From the NCBI GenBank assembly GCA_002104945.1, contig MCFH01000064.1:124001-188000 (forward strand): a DNA stretch of 64,000 nt, read 5' to 3'. The notes below the pieces were generated by a model. The model saw nothing but the letters and a program-made list of their open reading frames with translations. It searched no databases and was not told the DNA's origin. The translations under genes were made by a program, and so were the position numbers. Numbering within the stretch: position 1 is the stretch's first letter; each line of letters starts with the position of its first letter. Positions 11,479 to 40,143 of this stretch are shown one piece after another. The DNA comes from Piromyces finnis finn. Its lineage: Eukaryota > Fungi > Neocallimastigomycota.

Positions 11479-14400
11479 GTGATAATAATAATAGTGATGC
11501 AATAGCAATAGAAGAAAAAAAAGATAATAACATTAAGAATAATTCTGAAAAAAAGTTTGATTCAAATAATGTATTTAGCGAAACCACTAAGCAAATTATA
11601 CCTAAAAATAATAATTTAGAAAATGATGTAAAGGATATAAATGATAAAAAAAAAGGAGTAACAGTAAATAATGAAGAATTGAAATTAAACAAAAACAATG
11701 AAAATGAAACAGATAATTCAAAAATAACTAATAAAAAAGAAGGTATGTTAAAAAATGTTATAATAAAGTTTTATATTGTTTATCTTGAATATATAAATTT
11801 ATTCCATATAAAATATGTAAATAATAAAATATATGTTATATTTTAATAAAAAATTTCAGGAATGGAAATAATAAATGAAGCAAGTGGATATAAAAGGAAA
11901 AACATTGAAGATATTAATGTTAATGAAAATAAAAAATTAAAGTCTTTTGAATCATCAAAATTTAATAATTTAAATAAAAACACTTTACAAACCAATTTCA
12001 ATAATAATGATAGTAATAATATCTTTCCAATAAGTAATAATAACAATAGTAATATAAATTTTAGCATTAATAATACCAATACAAATACAAATGCAAATAC
12101 AGATACAGGAGTCGATACTAATAATAATACTAATGCTAATATAAATACTAATGTTAATATTAATTCTAATACCAATATCAATAATATTAGTAGTAATGCA
12201 AATACAGATATAGATATTAATACTAATACTAATAAGATAAATCAATCAAATAATAATAATAATCTATTTGATAGTAATGAAAATAATGAAAATAATGAAA
12301 ATAATGAAAATAATAATAATAATAATAATAATAATCTATTTGATAGTAATGAAAATAATATCAATAATAATAATAATAATGGCATTTTCCCAATAAAAGT
12401 ATCAAATACAATACAAAGTAATGTTAATTATAATGAATCATCGTTGAGAAATTCAAATGTGAATCAAAATAGTTATAATTCACTCATTACGAGATCTCAA
12501 GGACCAAATTATAAAACTCAAGGCAATATAGGAATAAATGAAGAAATTATTATCAATAATAGTTCAATATCTAAAAACATAAATCAATCAAATAATAATA
12601 ATAATAATAATAATAGTAATAATAATGGTGATGATGATGATGATGATGATGATGACAATAACAGCAAAAGCAATAATAGCAATATAAGTAATATAAGTAA
12701 TAATGATATTGATAGTGTTAATAGTAATGTTAATAATGATCTCAATAATAATAATAATATGGTTTCAAATAATAGTAATAAAAATAGAGATATTATAAAT
12801 TATAATAATATAAGCAAGTATTCAGGAAATGAAAATAGTTTAATTACGTCAAAATTCCAAAATGAGGATAATAGAACAATGACACAAAATATGAATAATA
12901 ATTATAATTATGAAATTAATAGTTCTACCGGTAATAATAATAACAACGATAATAATAGAAATAATAAACCTGGAAATAATCCGTTAAATTTACAAAATAA
13001 GTTAAATACAAAACAAAGTAGAATGAATAATATGAATAATTACAATTCAAATTCAAATAGTAATATGATTAATGGTGGTAGCAACTTTAGTTTAAATCAT
13101 AATTTTAGTAATTCAAATATGGATAATCACGTAAGAAGAGGATCATATAACAGTGCATTAATCAAAGAATCAAGAATAAACGAACAAAATAAATATGAAA
13201 GCCATTCTGATTATGGATCACCTGCTCCCAGTTATACCAAAATGAATTATGAAAGTATGTAAATTTAATAAAAATTTTGAAAATAATGATTTAATAACTT
13301 TTTTTTTTAGTTATTTTGAGAAATACAAATTATAAATAATATATTAAATTATTTTAATTTTTATAATATTATTATAATAAAGAATTTGATAAAAATAATA
13401 ATTTAATTAATAACACAAAATTTAATCAATTTAATGACTATGATAAAATTATGATGGTAATAATATAATATTATTTATTATAAGTAAAAGTAAAAGTAAT
13501 ATTGAACTAAGTTGTAATAATTTATATTAATCATTATTAATATAATATCATATATTAAATAAACTATTATATAATATTCAATAATAAAGCATTCACGTTC
13601 AATGTCATCAAGAAGTATATCAGAGCAAAATGATTATTCCAATAATAATAGTAGCAGTAGTTACCAAATGAATTCATTAAGCATTCAAAATAGATCTTCA
13701 ATAATTAATAATCATAGTCAAAATTATTATTCATCAAACATAAAACAAAGTGAGCAAATAAAATCAAAAAGTAAGAAACTTATAATTAATAACACTTTTT
13801 TCAATATATTTTATTTTATTTTAATATATAATTAATAATTAAAAATACTAGGTAATAATTCAGGAATTAATTATGAAGAAAATGTTATTATTGATAGAGA
13901 TGAATCTTTAAAACATGCCCATATGTATACATTAACAATGAAAAGTGATCAACAAAGATCTCAAAATCATAATAACAATTTTGAAAAAAACCAAAATGTT
14001 TTATCATCCTACAATAATATAAATATGAATAATAATAATAATAATTTCAGTAATAATAATTTTAATAATAATAATATGAGCATGAATAATAACAATAATA
14101 TGAACATGAACATGAATATGAATAATAATATGAATATGAATATAAATAATATTAGAAATAATAATAGTATGAGAAATAACAATAATAATATGAGCAGTAA
14201 TAATAATATGAATAATAATATGAGAAATAACAATAATATGAGCAACAATAATAATATGAACAATAATATGAGAAATAACAATAACATGAGCAACAATAAT
14301 AATATGAACAATAATATGAGAAATAGTAATAATGTGAGAAATAATAATAATGATAATAATAATATGAATATGAATATGAGTAATAATAATAATAATACAA

Positions 14401-14886
14401 ACAATATAAATATAAATAAGAGTCCTTTCAGAAGCAATTATGATAGTTTTGGTCGTGATGACATAATATCAAGAAATAATAGAATATCGTCACCATTGCA
14501 TAACTCAAATAATATGAATTATTCATTTAATAACTCTTCAAATGATAATTCAAATAATTTCATTAATAACAGCAATAAAAATAACAACAATAACAATAAT
14601 AATAGACGTAATAGTTTCTTTGATAGAAACTATAATTCAAATAATGATAAAAGAAATAATGAAATGGATTTTATGGAGAAAAATTTTACTACCGATAATA
14701 AATTTATATACAATGCATCAAAATATAGAGGATTAAATGATATAAATAATAATAACAATAATATGACCATGGACAATAACCGAAATAACAATAATACTAA
14801 AAATAGTTTCTATGAATCAAATCAAGTTAATATAAATTATAATAATAATAATAATAATAATATGAGTATGAATATGAATATGAATA

Positions 14887-14931
<45 letters not shown>

Positions 14932-15346
14932 TGAATAATAATAATATGAATAATAATAATGATAATAATAATAATAATAATAATAATAATATGAATATGA
15001 ATATGAATATGAATATGAATAGAGATTTTAATAACCCAAATGCAATATTTAAAAATGTTGGATATCAAAAGTCAAATTCATTATCACAAAATGGTTTTAA
15101 TTCATGTAATAATTCAAATAAAAGTATTGAATCAATAGAAAACGATAATATGAATATTTCATCACATATGAATCAAGATTCAAATAAAAATATGAATTAT
15201 AGAAACGAAGATTCAAATAAATCAAATAATTATTATACTAATTATGAATCTTTTAATAGCAACAACAACAACAATTATAATAATAATAATAATAATTATA
15301 ATTATAATAATAATAATTATAATAGACATTCTAACATTAATTATGA

Positions 15347-15404
<58 letters not shown>

Positions 15405-15710
15405 GAAAATAATAATTTTGATAATAATTATAATAATCCTTATAGTAATAATAATAATAATTATAATAATTATAATCATAGCTATAATAATAACAGTTCA
15501 AATAATAACAATTATAATAACAACTATAATGGTTTCAATAGTAATAATAATAATAATAATAATAGTGATACAGGTAATTATAATAATAGAATGAATTCTA
15601 ATAATGATAATAGTTTTAACAATTTCAATAATAGCAACAATAATAATTCTATGATACAAAAACCTGGAAATAGAAAAAATGATATCAATATTAATAGTTT
15701 AATAAATTAA
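8841..15710 (+). CDS. Extended-PHD (zf-HC5HC2H-like) chromatin protein with a very long Asn-rich low-complexity region; 13 exons, ~1,820 aa
   Basis: Exons 8841-8873, 8978-8999, 9137-9194, 9295-9316, 9511-9743, 9849-10212, 10324-10343, 10444-10538, 10627-11742, 11860-13254, 13383-13456, 13590-13770 and 13852-15710 sum to 5472 nt, in frame. Zinc ligands: 'CICCP..FIHVLCA..CYVC..IKCSH..CNRYFHVPC..FFCKFH', preceded by 'CVECG..LCQKC'. Then an acidic/basic patch, a coiled segment and N-rich tracts. Confidence 0.75.
14190..14333 (+). repeat. Coding 48-bp tandem repeat x3 (MS[SN]NNNMNNNMRN[NS]NN)
   Basis: Units start at 14190, 14238 and 14286. Confidence 0.85.
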
Positions 15711-16200
15711 ATTAATATATAATTTTAATTAGAATTATTATTAGTAATAAAATTATTATTAGTTATAAATATATTTTAAGTAAAATGTAAAGTTTTTGTT
15801 ATTTTTTTTTTCAATAACATTTTATTAATTATTATTATTTATTATTATCATTATTGTATTAAAATATAATAATATTATAATATTATATAAACATTTTTAT
15901 TTTAAATTATTATTTTATTCTATTATTATTTTTAATTTATTTTTTTATTCTTTATTGTTAATTATATGCAATTAAAATAAAATTATATATATACAATTTT
16001 ACTTTTCTATTAAAATAGATAATAAATATTTCTGATAGTATAAATAATAATTAATACATATTTATATATATTCTATTGATATATTGATGTATTTATATTT
16101 TATTTTATTTTATTTAATTATATATATATATATATATTTAGACTGGGAAGATAATACACTTCTTGTATTAATTATATTTTATTTTATATTCTATTTTATT

Positions 16201-26994
<10,794 letters not shown>

Positions 26995-27297
26995 TTTTTT
27001 TTTTTCTTTTAAAAAATAATAATGAATTTTAATGAAATGAAAAAATCCTCTCTTTTTTAAAAAATTTTTATTATGTATCCAATAAATAAATAAGTTTTAA
27101 TGATACACAAACAATATCATATATAATCTTATTTAAAATAAACATTTTAAAATTTTACAATATATAATTTATTTCCATTACTATAAGATATATATTAATA
27201 TTAATCTTAAAAGGAATTATAAAAATTGTTTAAAAATTAAAATATATTTTAACAAAAAAAAAAAAAAGGGTATTATTATATTAGCATATGTCTTATA

Positions 27298-30520
<3,223 letters not shown>

Positions 30521-30550
30521 TAATAAACTAGTTATAAACTACTTAATGGA

Positions 30551-30915
<365 letters not shown>

Positions 30916-31002
30916 ACTTTTTAATTGTTATTTATTAATTTAAAAACATTTATGTATATAATTAAATTTATAATTAAAAAAATTAATTATAACAAATTGA
31001 TT

Positions 31003-34000
31003 TTATTTATTTTCCCATGAAGTCGTTAATATATTTTTCATATCATCAAATATGCTATCCTTAGTAGTCTATAATAAATAATAATTCAATTGTTATCAGT
31101 AATGCAAATAAAAAAATTATATATTATCATTAAAATACTAACCTCAAAATCAAGTTTTAAATAGTTACATTCTTTCGGACAGTTTATTTCATTTGTTTCA
31201 ATTAAGGTTTTATTACTATCAACAATCTATATTTAATTTAATAATTAATTTAATTATATCACCACTTTTATTATTATATTTTAATTTATTAGTTTATTAT
31301 GCTATAAAAGATTTATATACCTCACTATCTATATAATTAATTTTTGTAATATCATTTGCATGAGACTTTTTCGTATAATGAAAAAATAAAAGGGTGTTAT
31401 TTATATGTGAAATTAATATTAACTACATTTCAAAAATTATTAATTAGCTTACAATATCAGAATCTGAAACATATCTCTTTGGATATAATTCATTATTATA
31501 AGTCTTAACAGATTCATAATAATGAGAATCACCATAAATTTCTAAATCACTGTTAATTGGTGTTGTGTTATAAAAAACATCTAAAATTTATATTGATAAA
31601 ATTTTATTACATTCAATAAAAATTAATTATAATAATATATTATATTATATATATAATACTAACCTTCAATATAATTATTATTGTCTTCGTTAATAAAAAC
31701 ATTTTTCTTTTCAATTGACCGCTTTGAACGCTTAGAATTTTCTCTTTCAAGATCGGTATTTGTTTTTATTTCATTATTATTGATATTTTCTTCAAATTCA
31801 TCTATTTTTAAAAATTTATAATGTTATTATTATTTAGTATAATAAAATATATTATATTTTATTACCTGGAATTTCTTTTACGGTTTTTAATATTGAATGC
31901 ATTGGAATCATTTTTTCATTAATTATTTCTGTATTTGTTATCTCTTTAATAGTTATTTTTTTCCCTGAAATTTCATTATCTGCCATTTCTTCATTATCTA
32001 TTATATCTTTTGTTATTTCCTCTTTGATTATATTTTTTCTTTCATCGATTATTTCTATAATATTATGAATATTGAATTTTAAAGTTAGAATTTAATATAA
32101 TTAATTATTTTTATATCATGTAAATCAAACCTTCATCTTCAAGTTTCATTATGTCACCGCTCATTATTACCTCCGAATATTTGATTAATTCTTGAAAAAC
32201 ATTATTTTGAATATTTGGATTTAAAAAAGGGGAACGTTCTTTTGGAATATTATTAGTTTTGCCTAATAAATATCCAAAAAGATTTCTATTATATTTTTCA
32301 TCTTGATGAAACAAGCATGGGCATAATTCTTTTGAAATTTTATCTAAATCAAATTTATTAATACTCTCGTTTTCAGTTATTTTTTCACTAAGTTGGATTA
32401 TTTTTCTAAGAATTGCCATTTTATCATCAGGGATAGTTAATATTACACTTAACCTCTCTTTATGGTTTTTACTCTCCTGCAATAATTCTAAAAATGTATT
32501 AATATTCAATATTATTAATTCTATATAAATTATAATTGAAAAAATATATTATTAAACGTTCTTTGTAATAAATTTTATGAAAATTTACTTATTCTACTCT
32601 GCGATATTATTTCAGCCTCATATATAAGCGATTTAAATATCAACCATAATTGTGAAAAATTGACATTCTTTTCATTTATTGATTTTCCAGCTAAAGAAAG
32701 TTATATTTTAAATTAATATTAATATTATAAAATGCCTAATTGTTATTAATTGATTAATACATTTATATTTACAATATATTTTCTTTACTAATGATTCCAT
32801 TTCTCTTTGTTTTATATCATTCTCATTTATTTCGACATCAATAATCTCATTACACTTCTTTTCAATTATTGAAATTATTGAAGTAAACGTATTCAAAAAT
32901 ACAACTAAAAGTATTTATTTTATATTAATATTATTTAAATATATATTGTTTAGTTTTTAAATGTAATTACTTTTTATTTGATATAAAATAATTGATTTAA
33001 CTCAGTTGAAAAATAAGAATACAACTTTTAAAATTGAATATAAATTTGATTGAAATGAATACCTTCTGATGCTATAGATGGTTTATTAGTAAATGTAATA
33101 TTTCTTCTTAATGTAGCACCCCAACTTGATATTCCTCTCAACTTACTTGAATTTAACGTATTAACTATTAATATAGAAGTAAATAATTATTTAATTAACC
33201 ATAAATGTATAAATGTTATTTACAAAAATAAAAACCTTCAAAGTATGAATTTCCAGATGAAAGATATTTATTGCAAGTAGCTGATTTTTCCTTTAATAGT
33301 GAACCAGTAACTTTTTAATTTTAAAAACATATATCATTATTATATGATAATTATTATATTTTTTAAATTTAAAGTTGTAAAATATTTACTCGACTTTCTC
33401 CTTGATGTAACAGAATATGTCATTGAATATCCTGTAATTGAGTCAATCACTGAATCTGGTCTTCCCATTTTTTTATTTTTCATTTTAAAACTAAATATAC
33501 TTTCTTGGAATATACTTCTTGGCTTTTCCATAACTAATAATCTACATAATTTCTGCATATAAAATATGTTATTAATTTGTTGAATTTCTTGATATGCTTT
33601 TGAATTTCTTAACTTCATTTCTAATGATAAAACTTCATTTATATATGATTAAAATCATTCCTTTTTATTTTAAATATTAAATTATATGTCAAATTTCTTA
33701 CTAATGGAATATATTGTATTTAATTCAGATGGATTATCTACAGTAGATATAATATCTATTAAATTAACATTCAAATTGTCAATAGAGCCATTATTACTAA
33801 TGATACTATCCTGGTCACAGTCAATATTATACTCTTCATTCTTATAAAATGACCATATAAAATGACCATCCTTTGTCGGTTTGATTAAACCAATAATAGC
33901 TATATTTATAATATAATTAATGGATAAATTATTTATTAATATTAAATTCATCAAATATAGTTTACATATATGTAATTTCCATACCTTTATTTCTAAAGAA

Positions 34001-37000
34001 AATTTTTAACTCATTTATACTAAATTGTTCTGTATCATCAAAAATTAAACCAATTTTTGACTAATATATATATTAGAAATAAATTGATACGAACTATAAC
34101 AAGTTAAATAATAGTATTATATACCTGTATATTATTTGAATTCATGTTTTCTCCCTTTAATGGTACTAATCTGAAATATATATTCGTATTATTTAATCCC
34201 AAATGGTATAATTTTTTTTCTTTATTTTTTATATCACCAATGTCATGTGAAGTTTTTGGTTTAGAAATAGAATCTATATTATTTTTATTAACATTTTATA
34301 AGTAATTATAAATGTTAAAATGTTGTCTTTTTTAATACTATTGAAATTAAATAGTATTATTATTTACTTTTTCTTGTTTCTTGTTCAAAACCAGAAAATG
34401 ATAGTCTACTCTTTTCAATTACAAGTAAATGATTCAAAAATTGAACAATTGGTGTTTGTTTCCATCTTTCTTCAAATTTATATTTAAGCATTGAATAATT
34501 TATATTTTCCACTTCTTCTTCTTCATTATCATATAAATGACTATTTCCTTTTATAATAAATTTAATTGCTGTTTTACAAATTTAAAAATACATAATTTTA
34601 GTTTTGATATTTAATTTCAATAAAATAATAATTACAATTTGATATGTATAATAATTACAATTTTCTCTTTCTTGAATATATTCAATATCTTTTATATTAA
34701 TATAATATAGAAACTTTAATTTTTTTTCTTTAAATGTCTTCTTTTTATTCTTTTTTTGATCTGATGTTACTTCAGGCAATGTAACCATGATATATTCAGA
34801 AAAAAAATGCATAACAATTTCTTGAGAATTATTAAGTTTAATATCAATATTATTAAATTTTTTTGCATCATTAATATCAAAAGATTCAATACAATTAATA
34901 GAACCATAATAAATTACAGAAGGCCTATTGAGTGTTGGCTATTAATTATTAATATTATTGATTATAAAATATCAATAATTAAAATTAATTATATTCATTT
35001 AAAATGTATTATATAAATATTATTTTACTGGATGATTAGCTATTTTTAAAAAGAATCTCAATGTCTTTTCTTCTTGTGGCTCTGTATTGATATTTAATTC
35101 CATTCTTGTAACTAGTTCATATATTGAATGTAATGTTTGAGTTAAGATTTGAATATCTGGATCATTTTTAGTACTATTTTTTATTAACTCTCTCCATAAT
35201 AAATCATATCTTGTCAATCTCTGTAGTGGTTCAGCTAAAAGTTCTACTAATCCAATTGGATTTGTCTTTGCAAATGGACTTGATAGATCATATTTTTTCT
35301 CCTGTTGTTATATAATTATTAATTTTATGATTATATGCATATTTTATAAATTCAATATATATACATTACTTCCAAAAAATCTTTAAATTTTTCATTTCTT
35401 GCTGCCATAATTTTCGCATTTTGAATAAAGCTTTCATAACCCTTGGTATATGATTCATAAACATAAAAGTTTTTAATCTAATAAAAATTATAAATGATAT
35501 TGAAATTTGTGTGAATTAATTTCTTTACTTGTCCTTTTGATTTTATTATTATTGTTATTTTAATATATATGATTATTTACATGATCCAACATCACCTGAC
35601 AGGTATCTTTTATAGATTTGTTATTTATTGCGACTTTTAAATCATTTAAAAATTCACTATTAACTTCTAAAATTTTTAAAATACTCTCAGATAAAAATAA
35701 CTTTACGACATATAATTTTAACCCAGCTTGTGATGGATCTTTATGTAGTTCATCATAATATCCCTTTATTTCACAACATCAGAATAAAAAAAAATAATTA
35801 TTACAATATATATTATATAACAATATCTTGTATAAATACATTATTTATACCTCTTTAAGCCATTTTAATTTCATAACATAATTTTCCTCGGTTGTTAATA
35901 TTTCATCTAAGCATGCATTTCTTTCAATCTCCTTTAATTTTGATCCCTAATTATTATATTAATATCATCTTAATATACATTGAAATATATATTGATTTAT
36001 TAAATAATGTATATATAATTTACATAAACAATTTCTCTTAGTTTATAATCCTTTTTTTCTAGTTTTTTATATATAAATATTATTATAGAAATTAAAATTA
36101 TAAAATGAAATTTATTAGAAATTATATACTAATATATAATACATATTCTATAAATAATAATACCTTCAAAAGGCCATTTTAAGTCAGAAATTGGTTCCCC
36201 AAGATATTTTTTTAATGAAATTAAGGATGGTGAAGGAACTAAGCAAAATATATATAATATCAAATAATTAATAAAAATTTAAGTATATACATATATAATA
36301 GTAAAAATACCTGAATAACCGTTAATATATCTATTCTTTGTTAAAACATCAACAATCAAAGGAGGAAAATATAACTATCGAATATAAATAGTATTAAAAT
36401 ATTAGTTAACAGCTATTTTGATTTTATTACCATTTATTTTAATACTATATTTCATATTAATTATACTAACTCTTTTATTTTCTATTTTTTTAATTGTTCT
36501 CAATATATCCATATTTCTATTATGATTCTTTTGTGAAATATTTACTAATTGATTTATTATTAAATAAACTTCGTTAACAATTGATTTTTCATAAAAGAGT
36601 TTTGCTGGTATATGTAAATTGGTTACTGTTTTTGAAAGAGGAAAATAATCATTTTCTAAAAATTGATATAATGAGGAAAATAAATATACTACTTTTTTAT
36701 CATTTAAATATTTTTTTTCTATGAAACTAGTATATTGTTGACATTTTTCATAGCTAACAGTAAAATTTTTTGATATCTATTGGAATATTAACAATATTAT
36801 TATTAATAAAATATTTGTTTATTTTATAATTTAGATTTGTACTTTACCAGTGTAGTTTTTATATTGCATAAACAATATTGATTATTATCGAAATACTTTA
36901 ATGTTGCAATAACTGGACCATATCCTGATATAATACCACTATATATTGTTTCATCTAATTGTATATTTTATGATTTAATTTAAAGATGTAACAGTATAAT

Positions 37001-37453
37001 ATATTATATATATATATATGATTTTGTTATTTACTATTAAAAAAAATATTATTGTCTTCAATTTAATAATAACTATATTAATTTTTTTAAACATTTACCC
37101 TCATGTTCAGAATTAATGGTTTCAAAATCAATTAAAGAATCATTAATTTGACTTTCTTGACTTTTTCTCATTGAAACAGAAAATGTTGAATACAAAGAAG
37201 GCTTATGATATGGTTCCGAAATATCTATTGTAATGTATTTTCTATTAACTGGTTTATATGAATTTTGTGATATATAACTCTCTAAATCCTAAGGATTAAT
37301 TATTAATAAAAAATTATTAAAAACCCAATTTTATATATAAATATAATACATAGGGAAGATGAAAATTTTTTCATTTCCTCATACATTTGAACCTTTGCTT
37401 TCAATATTTTCTCCTAAAATCATATTTTTCGACATATCTTTTTCAGTTTCCAT
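31003..37453 (-). CDS. Rho guanine-nucleotide exchange factor (DH-PH) with a C-terminal degenerate RhoGAP-like domain; many exons
   Basis: Starts METEKDMSKNMILGENIESKGSN (37453-37385, GTATGA donor). DH: 'CLDEILTTEENYVMKLKWLKE' and 'LVELLAEPLQRLTRYDLLWRELIK..RMELNINTEPQEE'. PH-like: 'EIVMHFFSEYIMVT'. GAP-like: 'LWLIFKSLIYE..ILTIPDDKMAILRKIIQLSEKITENESINKFDLDKISKELCPCLF'. The last exon ends 'TTSWENK*' at 31003. Confidence 0.8.
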
Positions 37454-39120
37454 ATTTCCTTTTTTTTTTTTTAATAAACGATAGTATTATTTATGATATC
37501 GATAGTAATAAGATTATTATATTTAAACTGTTTTGATATAACATATCAATTAAAAGTTTGCATATTTTAATTTAATATAATAAATTAAAATAAAATATAT
37601 TAAAAAGATATTTTTCTATGTAATATTATATTTCAATAGATTGATTGTTTAAAATTTTAATATTTTTTGAAAGTATTAAAAATAAAATGAAAAGAAAAGA
37701 AAAAGAATTAATAATATAAATATATTTTATTATTTATAAAAAATAGTACCAAATAAATTTATTTAGGTAGAATAATCAAAATAGTTGTATATATATTATA
37801 CTAATTAGTAGATATTTTACTTCAAAGGTATAAAAAACAAATACATTTGTACTATTAATAACTTAAATTAATGATGATACATTATAGTATATTTTATATT
37901 AAAATTAATTATAGAACTTAAAATTAATATAAAATTACATAATAAAAATTAAAATAAATATTAAAAAGATTTATTTTAATAATGTTAAATGTATCCATGA
38001 ATTTATATAAATATTTACATTTATGTTAAAATATTTTAAATATACTTTATTAAAATTAAATTATTTAAAAAAAAATAACAATAAAAATTCGAAAAAACTT
38101 TAAAAAATGTAGTTTAAATTTTAAATTAATAAAAAAGAATTTTGTCTTAAATGAAACTTGAATATTATTGGGTGAAATGCTAATTTCACTAAGAATCAAA
38201 AGTTACGAGATAATAAGTAAAATATAAATTATAAATTTTAATGTTTTTATTATCTGACTTGGTAAAAATGAATAAACAAACAATATTTATCAATTTAAAA
38301 GAAAATCTATATAATAAATATTTACTTTAATCTAAAATAAAAATAAAAAAAAAGAATAAAAACTAATTAGTTTTTTAATTCTTATAGCTAAAAAAAAAAA
38401 ATCAAATTTTTCAAAAAAAAAAAAAAAAAAGGGTATAATCATATTTTCATCTTATAATGTATATTTTTTATTATATAATTATTAAATATATATATTATTT
38501 TTAATGAATTGCTATATAAAAATAAATAAAATAACTATTTTAATTATGTTTTTTTAAAGAATACATACAAACATAAAAGAAATAATACTTTTATTTAATA
38601 TTTAATATGTATAAAAAAAATCTTCATATATCACACTCTAAAAAAAATAATAATTAAATATCATTCAAATATACAATTTAAAAATATTACCCAATATTAA
38701 ATTTTTTTTAAATTAAACTTTAAAAAGTTTATATTATATTATTTATAAAAAAATACTTTATAAATCAAACACTAAAAACTACAACTCATATTATAAATAT
38801 ATTATAAATTGCATATTCTGGATATAAAGATAGAAGTTACATATAAAATAAACTTTATTTTTCCAAACTTTTAATTAACTATAACATTTGTTTAAATGTT
38901 AGTAAGAACCTATAGATTAATGACAAGCATATAATTGTTTATATAATCACTAATAAATAATTATTTAATCTTTTAATCTTAAGCAACTACTTTATGAACA
39001 AACAATATTAGCCTTTATCATTTTAACCATTATAATAAAAATAATATTATATTATATAAGTAATACAATTATCTTTTTTTTTTTAAAAAAAATGCTTATT
39101 TTGTTATTATAATTATTATT

Positions 39121-39330
<210 letters not shown>

Positions 39331-39620
39331 GTATTTGTATTGAATTTTAAATCATATTAATTATTTTAATTAAATTTTTAAAATTAAAAACTATATATTT
39401 AATTATTTTTTGTAATATAATAATAATAATTAAACTCTTTTATATAAATATTAAAAATTATATAAATACAACATAAAGACATTTAATTTATAACAATTTT
39501 TCATTCATTTTTATTTTTTATTTTTTACTATTAATAATAAAACAAAACATATAGTATAAAAAATAAAGTTTAATATCTAAAACATAACATTAAAGTGTAT
39601 TAATTAATAATATACATAAA

Positions 39621-40097
39621 ATGATACACATTTCAAAATTTATAGTATTATTAGTTTTTTCAATATTATTTGTTAATGCGGATTCATTAACAGAGTATTT
39701 ATCAAAAGCAAAGATATTAACTACACAAGGAAAATATGGTGATGCATTAATTGCTTATAATAAGGCTATAGGTATAGAGAATATTGTTTTCTTTGAATAA
39801 TTACTATTTTCATTTTAATAACAATACAATTTACATAAACAATTTTATCTCTTTTTATTATAGAACTTGACCCAAATAATTATGTAATATATATTAAAAG
39901 AGCCTTTACTTTAATGAATTTAAATAAAAACAGTGATGCTGTTGAGGATTTCACAAAAGTTATTAACCTTAAGCCTGATTTCTATCAAGTAAATGTTATT
40001 ATGTATATCATTATTTAAATATATTATTTAAATATGTTATGAATTTTATTTATATTTATTATATTTAATTAACATATTTTATTATTATTAATATTAA

Positions 40098-40143
<46 letters not shown>

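Noticed and set aside
11035-15594. Overlapping poly-Ile, poly-Leu and poly-Tyr ORFs (e.g. 11114-11698, 14009-14437, 14152-14400, 15244-15594)
   Set aside because: Alternative frames and antisense readings of (AAT)n tracts in the PHD gene; no independent coding signal.
37385-37453. Apparent premature TGA or uORF at the start of the RhoGEF gene
   Set aside because: The TGA lies within the GTATGA donor of intron 1; splicing to 37288 restores an open frame.
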